Of a stretch of 64,000 nt of DNA, positions 16,912 to 25,329 are shown piece by piece. The notes under the pieces were generated by a model. The model was given only the letters and a program-made list of their open reading frames with translations, did no database searches and had not been told where the DNA came from. This DNA is from a virus (lineage: Duplodnaviria; Caudoviricetes): positions 509 to 64,508 of IMG/VR virus record IMGVR_UViG_3300049173_000052. The stretch is one strand, 5' to 3'. A program made the translations under genes and the position numbers. Positions within the stretch are counted from its first letter, which is position 1; every line of letters starts with the position of its first letter.

Positions 16912-17402
16912 GGCCGCCTCCCCATTGGCCGGCGGTTATTGGCCTGCTGCTTCGCCGTTGCCCAGCGGACGTTGCCCGGCTCGTAGTCGCCGTCGTTGTT
17001 GATCCGGTCAAGGCTCAAGTCCTGGCTCGGCCTACGCCCCACGTCGCGCAGGAAGGCGGCAAAACTGGTTCGCCATTCTGGGTGGACGTTGATGCCGCGG
17101 CCCCCATAGCGGGCGTAAGCATGGTGATTCGGGTTCTCGCAGCGCTTGATCATGGAGCGCCAGATCTCGTACTCAGGCGTGTTGCGTCCGCCATGCGTGG
17201 TCCGAAAGGCTCGGTTGAATTTCGCAACGGCACATCCGCACGACACGGTCTGCCCTCGACGCAGGTTCGAGCTGGTGGCAGTCGTTGAGCCGCCACAGGA
17301 GCACTGGCAGAGCCAACGCGCCTCGCCGCCCTTCGCGCTTTCCGCTCGGGTGACGACGGTCAGGTCGCCGAAGACCTTCCCTGTAAGGTCAATGAGTCGC
17401 AT
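16908..17402 (-). CDS. Free-standing HNH-type homing endonuclease-like protein
   Basis: WLCQCSCG, YARYGGRGI, LDRINNDGDYEPGNVRWAT; visibly lower GC3 than neighbours. Confidence 0.8.
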   Translation of the reverse strand: MRLIDLTGKVFGDLTVVTRAESAKGGEARWLCQCSCGGSTTATSSNLRRGQTVSCGCAVAKFNRAFRTTHGGRNTPEYEIWRSMIKRCENPNHHAYARYGGRGINVHPEWRTSFAAFLRDVGRRPSQDLSLDRINNDGDYEPGNVRWATAKQQANNRRPMGRRP

Positions 17403-18013
17403 CAGCAAGCCACCGCCTTCCGGGCGACGTCGTACAGGTCGATGCCGTGGCGGATCGCGTGGCAGGAGTGCAGGAAGCCCGGTGTGAAGTCGCAGAACTT
17501 CCACTCCCACGTCTCGCCGAAGGTCCAGCCCTCGTAGCGGAAGTCCTCCAGCTCCCTGCGCGCTCCGGCCTCGTGGCTGATGTCGCCCCACTCGAAGATG
17601 TCCCGGGTGACCTCGGCGCCGATGCCGCGCGGGGCGTCACCGTTGCGGATCGCCTCGACGACGTGCTGCTTGACCTGTTGCTCGAAGAGGTTCGGGTCGA
17701 AGCCTTCGATCTCGTCGCGTCCGGCCCGCACTTTCTCGGACCAGTAGCCGGGGTTGATCCGCCCGGAGAGCGCGGTCTTCCGGAACAGGTCGAACATGTC
17801 CGGGGTGGCGTCGATGTCGAAGTGGAACGTCCAACCCGACTTGACGACGAGGTTGTACGGCCACGTGATCAGCTCGAACGGGTAGCTCGGGTACCGGCCG
17901 AGCGAGGAGTCGGCCGTGCCCTCGAACCGAAGGTGCCTGTACAGACCGTCCTCGTGCCGGACCGTCATCTGGTGGCCGGCGAACCGGGCCGCGATCTCGG
18001 GGTAGTCGGTCAT
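17402..18013 (-). CDS. Conserved phage hypothetical protein
   Basis: HEDGLYRHLRF...INPGYWSEKV. Confidence 0.7.
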   Translation of the reverse strand: MTDYPEIAARFAGHQMTVRHEDGLYRHLRFEGTADSSLGRYPSYPFELITWPYNLVVKSGWTFHFDIDATPDMFDLFRKTALSGRINPGYWSEKVRAGRDEIEGFDPNLFEQQVKQHVVEAIRNGDAPRGIGAEVTRDIFEWGDISHEAGARRELEDFRYEGWTFGETWEWKFCDFTPGFLHSCHAIRHGIDLYDVARKAVAC

Positions 18014-18279
18014 CGCTGGCCCTCCATGGCCTCGAAGGCGGCGCGTCGTTCACAGTCGGACTGGAGGGCGGTCCACCAGCAGTAGAAGAGGGCGTCCAGC
18101 GCGGCCGGCTTCTCCTCCTCGGGCAGGCAGCCGAAGGCGATGCGGCCGATCTCCTCGACCTCGAAGCCCTCCGGGTGCGTCTCGGTCAGCAGCTCCTCCG
18201 CCGCGTTCCAGGCGGCCTGGAACGCGGACAGCTGCGGGAGCTTCGCGGTGATCTCGTCGAACGGGGTCAGGTCGTTCAC
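18010..18279 (-). CDS. Hypothetical protein
   Basis: 89 aa, coupled both sides. Confidence 0.6.
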   Translation of the reverse strand: MNDLTPFDEITAKLPQLSAFQAAWNAAEELLTETHPEGFEVEEIGRIAFGCLPEEEKPAALDALFYCWWTALQSDCERRAAFEAMEGQR

Positions 18280-18683
18280 GACGCACCGCCCTCGGCCGCT
18301 TCGCCGCCGTGGCTCAGAATGAGGTCCCGGACCATCTGGACCGGCACGTAGCCGTAGACCGTTCCCGTCGGGTTGTCCTCGTCCTCCACTCGCTGCGCCC
18401 ACTCCGACCACGGCTCCGGCCGGGCGGAGGGGAAACCCACCTCAACGGCCATGTAGGGGCCCGGGTAGTCGCGGGGGGCGTCGCTCACGAGGTCGTCCGG
18501 GAGGTCCGAGAGGAGCGACGGGCGGGGCTTGCAGTAGTAGCCAGCACCGGCAATCACGGACAGGCTGAAACCGTCCGCGCATGTGATGCGGTTATCGACG
18601 GGGCGCTCACCCGTCTTGCGGTCGGGCGCGTTGCCCGTTGCGGCGATCTGGTCGAGCGCCGGGGTCTGAGAAGATGTGGACAT
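18276..18683 (-). CDS. Hypothetical protein
   Basis: ITCADGFSLSVIAGAGYYCKPR...VEVGFPS; AGGAG RBS. Confidence 0.7.
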   Translation of the reverse strand: MSTSSQTPALDQIAATGNAPDRKTGERPVDNRITCADGFSLSVIAGAGYYCKPRPSLLSDLPDDLVSDAPRDYPGPYMAVEVGFPSARPEPWSEWAQRVEDEDNPTGTVYGYVPVQMVRDLILSHGGEAAEGGAS

Positions 18684-18772
18684 GGTCCACGCTCCTGTTC
18701 TTCAGGGTTCTGGTGGTGTGGATCAAGGCCGTTCCCCGTGCTTGGCCGTTCGGGGGGCGGCCTCTTTGCCGC

Positions 18773-19057
18773 TCAGGCGGCGGCGCGGGCTCGCGGTCGA
18801 CCGGCGCGGGTGGGGGCGTTCCGGTGCATGGCCGCGATCTGGGCCAGGTCGGAGTCGCTGAACATGAGGCGGCGGCCGAAGCGGTGGTGGGGCCATCCCT
18901 TGTGGTTGACGCCGTCGCGCAGCCAGCGTTCGCCGGACTCGTTGTCCTCGTCGGGGTCGTCGGGGTCGGTCGGGATGAGCTTCTTGGCGGCCTGCTTGAC
19001 CGTGTAGAAGTTCTCCAGCTTCGTGACGGAAGCCGCGCGGGGGGATCGGGTGGGCAT
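18773..19057 (-). CDS. Excisionase-like (MerR/Xis-type) HTH protein
   Basis: FYTVKQAAKKL...WLR...GRRLMFSDSDL. Confidence 0.75.
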   Translation of the reverse strand: MPTRSPRAASVTKLENFYTVKQAAKKLIPTDPDDPDEDNESGERWLRDGVNHKGWPHHRFGRRLMFSDSDLAQIAAMHRNAPTRAGRPRARAAA

Positions 19058-19066
19058 GACACCTCT

Positions 19067-19309
19067 CTAAGGCGGGTCCTCTGTGGGGCTGAGGAGCTGG
19101 GTGGAGTCGGCCGGCAGGCCGAGCGCTTGGCGGAGACGGCTGTAGGAGTGCGGTCTCATGCGGGTGCGGTAGCCGTTTTCGAGGTGGTTGAGGTAGCGCC
19201 CGCTGAGGCGCGCTTCTCTCGCCAGCTCGGTGGTGCTCAGCCCTGCCTGTATGCGGAGCTTTCGGATTTCCGCCCCGTTCACCGTGACGGTGTTGGGGGT
19301 TGCTTCCAT
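19067..19309 (-). CDS. Cro-like XRE regulator
   Basis: EIRKLRIQAGLSTTELAREARLSGRYLNHLENG; divergent from the repressor. Confidence 0.85.
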   Translation of the reverse strand: MEATPNTVTVNGAEIRKLRIQAGLSTTELAREARLSGRYLNHLENGYRTRMRPHSYSRLRQALGLPADSTQLLSPTEDPP

Positions 19310-19314
19310 GGAGA

Positions 19315-19372
19315 GAAGCTAGCGGAAGTTCGCGGTCCCTGTCTAGCGGAAGTTCGCAGAAGTTAGCGGAAG
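19315..19372. promoter_or_regulatory. Direct-repeat operator array in the immunity region
   Basis: TAGCGGAAGTTCGC at 19320 and 19344; TAGCGGAAG at 19364. Confidence 0.75.
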
Positions 19373-19508
19373 ATATCTACTGATGAGTAGCGGCATCGAA
19401 CACGTGCAGCAGGCTCGATCCGGTCACAGTCCGCTTTTGAGCCACCACGTTCCGGACTCCTTTGGCCCAGTCCTAGCTGGTCCTAGCGGGTCCTGCGAAG
19501 ATGTCGCC

Positions 19509-19931
19509 ATGACCAGCCCCAGCCCCAGCCCCGACCTCGAGCGCCTAGCGACGCTCGTACAGAAGCGAAGGACCGAGCTACGGCTCGGCATCGAGCCTGC
19601 CGCCAAGCTCGGCGGCATCTCCAAGGACACGTGGAAACGTGTCGAGGCGGGCCAGAAGGTCTGGGACCGCTCCTACGCAGGGATCGACACGGCGCTCCAG
19701 TGGGCCGTCGGTAGCTGCCTCATAGTGCTTGCTGGCGGCGAGCCACTCACGAGCGAACCGCTCGACGAGGATGTGAAGATCACCGAGGTGCCCAAGGCTG
19801 AGCTCGAGCGACTCGTCGGGGACGCAGTCCAGCACGCAGCCATCGCCACCAAAGGCTCCATGACAGGCGATGAGATCCTCGAGTTGAACCGGCGCGTCCT
19901 GGATGAGCTCCGCGAACGCGGTGTGATCTAA
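19509..19931 (+). CDS. Prophage repressor (XRE family)
   Basis: LATLVQKRRTELRLGIEPAAKLGGISKDTWKRVEAG; start placed at ATG 19509. Confidence 0.8.
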   Translation: MTSPSPSPDLERLATLVQKRRTELRLGIEPAAKLGGISKDTWKRVEAGQKVWDRSYAGIDTALQWAVGSCLIVLAGGEPLTSEPLDEDVKITEVPKAELERLVGDAVQHAAIATKGSMTGDEILELNRRVLDELRERGVI

Positions 19932-20093
19932 GGAAAGTTCAGCCAGAAGGCGTACAACCATTCGCGTCTGCGGCCTTTTGCTGAATTCTCCCTGCATCAC
20001 TTTGGTCCCATCCGGTCCCAACCGGCCCTGAGCGTGGCAAAGTCGGTACCACACCTTGGGGGTCCCCGAAGCACCCATGAAGGGGGACCAGGT

Positions 20094-20288
20094 ATGCGGA
20101 GCAGTCTGTCCATAGTTGATGTCGGCCCTGAGTTCGCAGGATGGGCCGGCCCGGCCAATGGGAGAATGATCTGTGTAGCGCCTCCCGAGATCGAGACGAG
20201 CGAGGAAGCACGAAGCTCGATGCGAGAGATCGTGAGGCGCGTAGGAGGAGACTGCGAGGGATGCCGGGGCTGCTGGCTCGGCACCTGA
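20094..20288 (+). CDS. Small protein between repressor and integrase (possible IrrE/ImmA-like remnant; C-terminal CxxCxxC)
   Basis: AGGGGGA RBS; no HExxH. Confidence 0.6.
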   Translation: MRSSLSIVDVGPEFAGWAGPANGRMICVAPPEIETSEEARSSMREIVRRVGGDCEGCRGCWLGT

Positions 20289-20363
20289 GCACACGGCCGC
20301 GGAGTCCTGGCGGTAGGGGTACCTGCCGGACTACCGCGACGGCCGTCCACCCAAGGGGGAACC

Positions 20364-21698
20364 ATGCCTTATGTGGAGGTCCGCGGCGGCAACATCCGCG
20401 TCAAGTGGTGGGGCGGCGAGTACCACCTGGACGCCGAGGGCAAGGCCACCCGCCGCAAGAAGTACGAGAGCGCCTCGGGCCCTGAGCCGGGCACACCGTT
20501 CGAAGACGAGAACGAGGCGTACAACTACGGCCTGGACCGTGAACACGAGGTCCGGCACGGCACGCACATCCCCCGCGCCAGCTCCAAGACGCTGATGCGC
20601 GACTACTGCTGGATGTGGTGGGACGCCCAGGACCTGCGGCCCATGTCGATGGACCGTTACCGGTCCAGGCTCCGGGCCCGCATAGTCCCCTACTGGGGTG
20701 AGCGCCCCGTTGGGGACATCACCGCGTGGGAGTACGACGCCTGGAAGAAGGGGCTCAAGAAGGCTGCTGCCTCCGGAGAGCTGTCCCACCACTACGTCAG
20801 TCAGTTGCTGAGCCTCTTCAACCTGCTGATGACCGACGCCGTCGTCAAGTACAAGCTGCGCGCCGAGTCTCCGGTCATCAAGCACGGCCGCCGCGGCAGG
20901 TACGTGAAGGTCAAACGCGAAGTCAAACGGCCCATGGAGATGGAGACTCTGCACGCCCTGGCATGCAACGCCTACACGATCTGGGGCTTCGCCGGCTGGG
21001 TGTGCGTGTGGACTGTCGCGTTCACTGGCATACGGCCGCCCGGTGAGACCTGGGGCCTGCGCCGGGAGTTCGCCTCCCCCACGTGGCCGGCCAGCGATCC
21101 GGATCCCGACAGGCGGGCTGAGGCGGCGGAGCGCTATGGGCCCGCGAAGATGCCGGCCTTGCGTGTGCAGTGGCAACAGCAGTACGTCGAGGGCGAGCGC
21201 ACTCTGGTCGACCCGAAGTACGACTCCCACCGCACGCTGGTGCTGCCGCCGTTCCTGCACGAGTTGCACGCGGTGCTGCTGGCGAGCCACGACAGCGAGT
21301 GGGTGTTCCCCGGCATCCAGGGCGGAGAGATGCCGCGCAACTGGTACGACAGCTACTGGGTGCCCATGCGGGACGGAACGCCGGAGCGGAAGGGGCGTCG
21401 GGACTTTGTCCGGCCCGCGATTCCTGCGGTTCCGCAGATGGCGGGCAAGCGGTTCTATCTGCTGCGGCACGGGCATCGCGAGTGGCTGGACGAGGATGGG
21501 CATTCCCGTACCTCGATCGAGACGCGCATGGGCCACGAGGTGGCCGGTGTGGAGGGTCTGTACTCGAATCTGACGCCGCGCATGGAAGCGGCTATCGCGG
21601 AGACGCTGCAGAAGCGCTGGGAGGAGTTCTGGGGGATGGGCGTCTGGTGGGCTCCGCCGTTTCCCAGTATTCTCCCAAGTAGCTCACCCTTGGGATGA
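20364..21698 (+). CDS. int: Tyrosine integrase
   Basis: TGIRP (R), YLLRH (R), MGH, LY (Y); N-terminal arm-binding-like domain; ends inside attP. Confidence 0.92.
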   Translation: MPYVEVRGGNIRVKWWGGEYHLDAEGKATRRKKYESASGPEPGTPFEDENEAYNYGLDREHEVRHGTHIPRASSKTLMRDYCWMWWDAQDLRPMSMDRYRSRLRARIVPYWGERPVGDITAWEYDAWKKGLKKAAASGELSHHYVSQLLSLFNLLMTDAVVKYKLRAESPVIKHGRRGRYVKVKREVKRPMEMETLHALACNAYTIWGFAGWVCVWTVAFTGIRPPGETWGLRREFASPTWPASDPDPDRRAEAAERYGPAKMPALRVQWQQQYVEGERTLVDPKYDSHRTLVLPPFLHELHAVLLASHDSEWVFPGIQGGEMPRNWYDSYWVPMRDGTPERKGRRDFVRPAIPAVPQMAGKRFYLLRHGHREWLDEDGHSRTSIETRMGHEVAGVEGLYSNLTPRMEAAIAETLQKRWEEFWGMGVWWAPPFPSILPSSSPLG

Positions 21699-21902
21699 CG
21701 TCCCAGGTCAGAGCCTGATATGCACTAAAGCGTGAGCATCATGTCGATGCCGGAGACGGTGCACATCGGATAGCGGTTGACCAGTAATCCGCGAGATACC
21801 GGCGATGCGACGGCCGATCACACTTAGCAGTTCCTAGCTGAAGTTAGCGGCAATTGGCGATTGCTCTCCATGATCGTCTCCCATCTGTCTCCCATTTCCC
21901 AT
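21660..21902. other. attP-like site with arm-type repeats on both sides of a core
   Basis: TYTCCCA at 21660 and 21671 (left) and 21877, 21888, 21895 (right), same orientation, 11-bp periodicity. Confidence 0.75.
21725..21784 (-). other. att core carrying the 3' end of a host protein gene (LVNRYPMCTVSGIDMMLTL*)
   Basis: 19 codons plus TAG, 18 of 20 third positions G/C, no start codon, upstream codons lose the bias. Confidence 0.6.
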
Positions 21903-21945
21903 GACGCATGAACCTTGGCGCCCTTATGGGGCGTTAATAGAGAGA

Positions 21946-22000
21946 CCGGAGCCGGAGTCGTCTTGCTCACCTTGGGGGTAGCTGTCGACTCCGGCTCCGG
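21946..22000. repeat. 15-bp perfect inverted repeat with 25-nt loop
   Basis: CCGGAGCCGGAGTCG / CGACTCCGGCTCCGG. Confidence 0.8.
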
Positions 22001-22279
22001 CCTCTTGTCCAACGAGTTCCCCGCGCCCCGATGACGGAAAATGGGTCACTCGTTCGGGTGGATACGCGACAGGGGTTGCCGGGTATCCGGGCAGGTCGGC
22101 CTCAGCCCGCCTAGGGGGTACGCGGCAGCCGACCGGCCTTCGACGCCGCGGAAACCTGAACCCCGCGGCGCCGAAGCCTCTCTTCAGATGACAAGGGCAC
22201 CTGCCGCGAGCTGGATATATCCAGGCTGGCAGCCGCCTCATAGCGTCAGACCTCACGTCATGATCGACAGGGGTCCTGG

Positions 22280-22906
22280 ATGCCAGAGGATGCGCGCTAC
22301 CGGCGTATCGCTGCTGACATCCGCCGCCGCATCGCCGCCGGGGAATGGCGGCCGGGCGACCCACTGCCTTCTCGCGCCGAGCTAGCTGCCGAACTCGGCG
22401 TAAACCCTCAGACCGTTCGCCTCGCCTACGTCCACCTGCGCCGTACCGGCGTCTTGGAGGGTGAGGAGCGTCGGGCCGTGTATGTGGCGCATCCTCCTGC
22501 TATGCGCACTCTCACGGACGCGGACGCCGAGTGGCCATATTCCTCCGAGACCACCGACACCCGCCCGCGCCCCGCCACGGTGGAGCTTGCGGAGCGGCTT
22601 GGCGTCCACGAAGGCGCGATGCTTCGGCACGAGACGGTGGAGTGCCTGGATCCGGGCGGCAGGTCGGCGATGCTCGTCTCGTCGTGGTGGCGCGGCCAGC
22701 GCCGGCCGCACACGTCGTTCACTGCCGAGGTGGGTGCGGTGGAGCTGGCGGAGGAGCAGGCGCACGCTCTGGGGCTCCTCGTGGACGCCGTGGCGTTCCG
22801 TGTGGTGCGCACCCGCTTCGACGTACACCGCCGCCCCCTGGAGACTGCTGACCTGATTCTGCCGATGGATCGCTGGCTGATCCGTCTGGCGCCCACGCGG
22901 AAGTGA
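22280..22906 (+). CDS. GntR family regulator (HutC/KorSA/TraR-like, UTRA-like C-terminus)
   Basis: RYRRIAADIRRRIAAGEWRPGDPLPSRAELAAELGVNPQTVRLAY. Confidence 0.9.
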   Translation: MPEDARYRRIAADIRRRIAAGEWRPGDPLPSRAELAAELGVNPQTVRLAYVHLRRTGVLEGEERRAVYVAHPPAMRTLTDADAEWPYSSETTDTRPRPATVELAERLGVHEGAMLRHETVECLDPGGRSAMLVSSWWRGQRRPHTSFTAEVGAVELAEEQAHALGLLVDAVAFRVVRTRFDVHRRPLETADLILPMDRWLIRLAPTRK

Positions 22907-23150
22907 GCGCTTTCGGACCGGGCGTGTGGGGCGCCTCGACTCAGGAGTAAAGCTGAGTTTCAGCCCTGGCGGAAGGTGTCTCATGCATATTCTTCGACTT
23001 TCCGTTCATTGCCGATCCGTTTCTGTAACCGCAGGTCAGGTGTTGGCCAAACGTTCCTGTGTTGATGCAGGTCACCGCCGTCAGGTGAGGCTCACCTGCG
23101 CCTGACCGGTGGCTGAAACCGCGCGTTTTGCTACCGGCCAGTTGCCCCGG

Positions 23151-23366
23151 TTAGCCGCGCATCAGCCGGCCGACGGCATCGCTGGTGGCCTCGTAATCCC
23201 GCCACAGCTGCCCGCCCTCGGCGCAGGAGCGGTCGATGTCCCGGCAGCTCGGGCACTTGAGGAAGTGGGTGGCGTACCGGCCGTAGGCGCGCTGAACGGG
23301 GCTGAGCTCGCCAGCTATGGGCGGCCCGCTTCCCGCCGCGGGGGGATGCTCTCTACCCTCGTCCAC
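23151..23366 (-). CDS. Small Cys/His protein
   Basis: HFLKCPSC...C; divergent from the short GntR gene. Confidence 0.6.
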   Translation of the reverse strand: MDEGREHPPAAGSGPPIAGELSPVQRAYGRYATHFLKCPSCRDIDRSCAEGGQLWRDYEATSDAVGRLMRG

Positions 23367-23534
23367 GTCGACGCACCGCCTTGTGCTCGTCGGCCATGCC
23401 CCCGGGCCGGTGTGCCGCCGGTCGCGGGGGTCTTGCAATTTCACGGTACCGCTCCGACAGGCCCGATAGGTGCGATAGGGCCGATAGGCGCACTCGTCTC
23501 GCCTGGCGGGGTGAGCGGTCCTAGCGTCCGGATC

Positions 23535-23780
23535 ATGGAATGGCAGCCGGATATCCCGAGGTGGCAGCAGGTGTACGCCGTGATGGAAGAGCGGATCGCG
23601 GGCGGCACCTACCCGCCGGGCGGACGACTGCCGTCGGTGGTTGACGTGTGTGCCGAGTTCGAGATCTCCCAGATGACGGCGCGGAAGGTGCTGCAGAAGC
23701 TGCGGGAGGCCGGCCTGGCGGCGATGCACCCGGGCGTGGGCACGTTCGTCACGGAACTGCCGCAGCCGCCGAAGTCATAG
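23535..23780 (+). CDS. GntR winged-helix-only regulator (81 aa)
   Basis: WQQVYAVMEERIAGGTYPPGGRLPS...TARKVLQKLREAG...GVGTFV. Confidence 0.88.
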   Translation: MEWQPDIPRWQQVYAVMEERIAGGTYPPGGRLPSVVDVCAEFEISQMTARKVLQKLREAGLAAMHPGVGTFVTELPQPPKS

Positions 23781-23814
23781 CCCGCTGTCAGAGGGGAGCA
23801 CTACCCTGATCGCC

Positions 23815-23985
23815 ATGCCCTCCTCTCCCCCGCCGTTGCGGTCTGCGGCCGAGCTGAACGCGGCTATCCGCGCGTTGTGGTCGCATCCTGCGGTGCCGTT
23901 GACGGCGGAGCAGCGGGAGGAGTACGGGCGGCTGTGTGCGGAGCTGCGGCGGGTGGAGCGCGGGGACGTCACGGCGGCGGCATGA
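23815..23985 (+). CDS. Small hypothetical protein (56 aa)
   Basis: Manual translation RSAAELNAAIRALW...LTAEQREEYGRL. Confidence 0.55.
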   Translation: MPSSPPPLRSAAELNAAIRALWSHPAVPLTAEQREEYGRLCAELRRVERGDVTAAA

Positions 23986-24436
23986 TGAGACCCGGAACAG
24001 CAGCGGCAAGCCTCGCGCGCTTCCGGTCGCTGGGCTTGAACGTGCGCTGCATGAGCCCCCGTCCGGCGTTGTAGGTGGCGGTCATCACGGCGTCGGTTTC
24101 GCACACGGACGGCAGGCTGTACAGCTCGCGCACGACGTAGTCCAGAAGGTCGCGGCGCGCGGCCTGGCGCCCGATGCCACGAGCCTGCTGCCAGGCTTCC
24201 CGATCAACGGTGATACGCCAGTCGCAGCGGACTACCGCCTGCCCTGGCGGCTGCGGAGCAGGATGTTGAGTGATGCCGGTGGCGTAGGCGCCAGCTTCTT
24301 CGAGGGGCGTGATGTCGTTGATCGATGAGACGAGGTAGCTCCCCAGGTCGCCCTCAACGCGGTCGGGCTCGATGCCGTTGTCGTCGGCGTAGGAGGCCAG
24401 CGATACGGTCCAGAGCGTTCGAAGGATTGCGATCAC
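23969..24436 (-). CDS. Hypothetical protein
   Basis: 155 aa; AAGGA RBS. Confidence 0.6.
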   Translation of the reverse strand: MIAILRTLWTVSLASYADDNGIEPDRVEGDLGSYLVSSINDITPLEEAGAYATGITQHPAPQPPGQAVVRCDWRITVDREAWQQARGIGRQAARRDLLDYVVRELYSLPSVCETDAVMTATYNAGRGLMQRTFKPSDRKRARLAAAVPGLIMPPP

Positions 24437-24469
24437 TACGGTCCTTAGGTTGTGGCGGTAGCCTGCATG

Positions 24470-24506
24470 ACGGTGCCCCGGCTGCTTTCCTCAGCCGGGG
24501 CACCGT
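24470..24506. terminator. Hairpin terminator
   Basis: Perfect 15-bp stem ACGGTGCCCCGGCTG / CAGCCGGGGCACCGT. Confidence 0.75.
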
Positions 24507-24518
24507 GCGTTTCCTCTG

Positions 24519-24680
24519 TCACTGCTCCTGGACGGTGACCGTGAACTTGCGGCCGTCGAGGGTGTGAACGGTCATCTCGACCGGCTTGCCCGGAACGGGA
24601 CTCTCCAAGACGAGTTCGTAGACCTCGTCCATGTCGTCGAGGGTCTTGAAGAAGGCGTAGCGGATCTCAAGGGCGTTCAT
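24519..24680 (-). CDS. Small hypothetical protein (53 aa)
   Basis: MNALEIRYAFFKTLDDMDEVYELVLESP...; strong GC3, GAGAG RBS. Confidence 0.65.
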   Translation of the reverse strand: MNALEIRYAFFKTLDDMDEVYELVLESPVPGKPVEMTVHTLDGRKFTVTVQEQ

Positions 24681-24726
24681 GCTGCGGTCTCTCCTCTGGT
24701 TGTTGATGAGTTCGGCGGTCTTGGCG

Positions 24727-25302
24727 TCAGCGGGAGAAACGTTCGGCGACGGCCCACCGCAAGTGCTTCATGGCCTCGCGCTTGTTCGGCAACGAGTCGC
24801 CGTAATTGGATCCGCTGCTCACGACCCATCCGGAGAAGTCGGCACCCTCGCGCTTGAAGAAGCGGGTGGCCTCGGCGATCACCTCGACCTCGTAGGGCAC
24901 CTTCTCCACGAAGGAGAGGAGCACGTTGTCCAGGGCGGTCTTCGGGTCGATGGCCGGGTCGGAGCACCACACGGCCGTGACGATGTTGCCTTCGTCGACG
25001 TACTGCACGTTCTCGGCGTTGTACGGACGGCGCACGGGCTGCTCGGTGACGACCCTGCGGACGTTGCGGGAGTGCCATTCGACGGCGTCTCGGCGCAGGA
25101 CGGCGGTCCCCTCAAAGCTGTCGCGACAGTCGACGCGGACCGTCTTCTCGGTGACCTTGACGACCACTCCGGTGCGCACGTAGAGGCCGCGCCCGTTGAA
25201 CCCGGTCTCCCGGGTCATGAACTGGAGGCGGTCTCCCTCGTGCACGTTGCTGGGGTCGACACCTTCGAAAGCCTCGGTCTTGTTCTCGGTCATCACGCTC
25301 AC
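24727..25302 (-). CDS. Hypothetical protein (N-terminal SH3/KOW-like beta domain possible)
   Basis: 191 aa; driven by a TTGACA promoter. Confidence 0.7.
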   Translation of the reverse strand: MSVMTENKTEAFEGVDPSNVHEGDRLQFMTRETGFNGRGLYVRTGVVVKVTEKTVRVDCRDSFEGTAVLRRDAVEWHSRNVRRVVTEQPVRRPYNAENVQYVDEGNIVTAVWCSDPAIDPKTALDNVLLSFVEKVPYEVEVIAEATRFFKREGADFSGWVVSSGSNYGDSLPNKREAMKHLRWAVAERFSR

Positions 25303-25329
25303 TAGATCTCCCTGGCTAGCGCCGGTTTC

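Noticed and set aside
9269-19372. TAGCGG shared between iterons and immunity repeats
   Set aside because: Only 6 bp and GC-rich, with different flanks (TTC versus AAG); could be chance.
19383-19508. N-terminal extension of the repressor from ATG 19383
   Set aside because: Low GC3 and overlaps the promoter/operator zone; ATG 19509 fits the XRE domain better.
21700-21900. tRNA or tmRNA at the integration site
   Set aside because: No T-loop, cloverleaf or CCA; the core reads as a protein 3' end.
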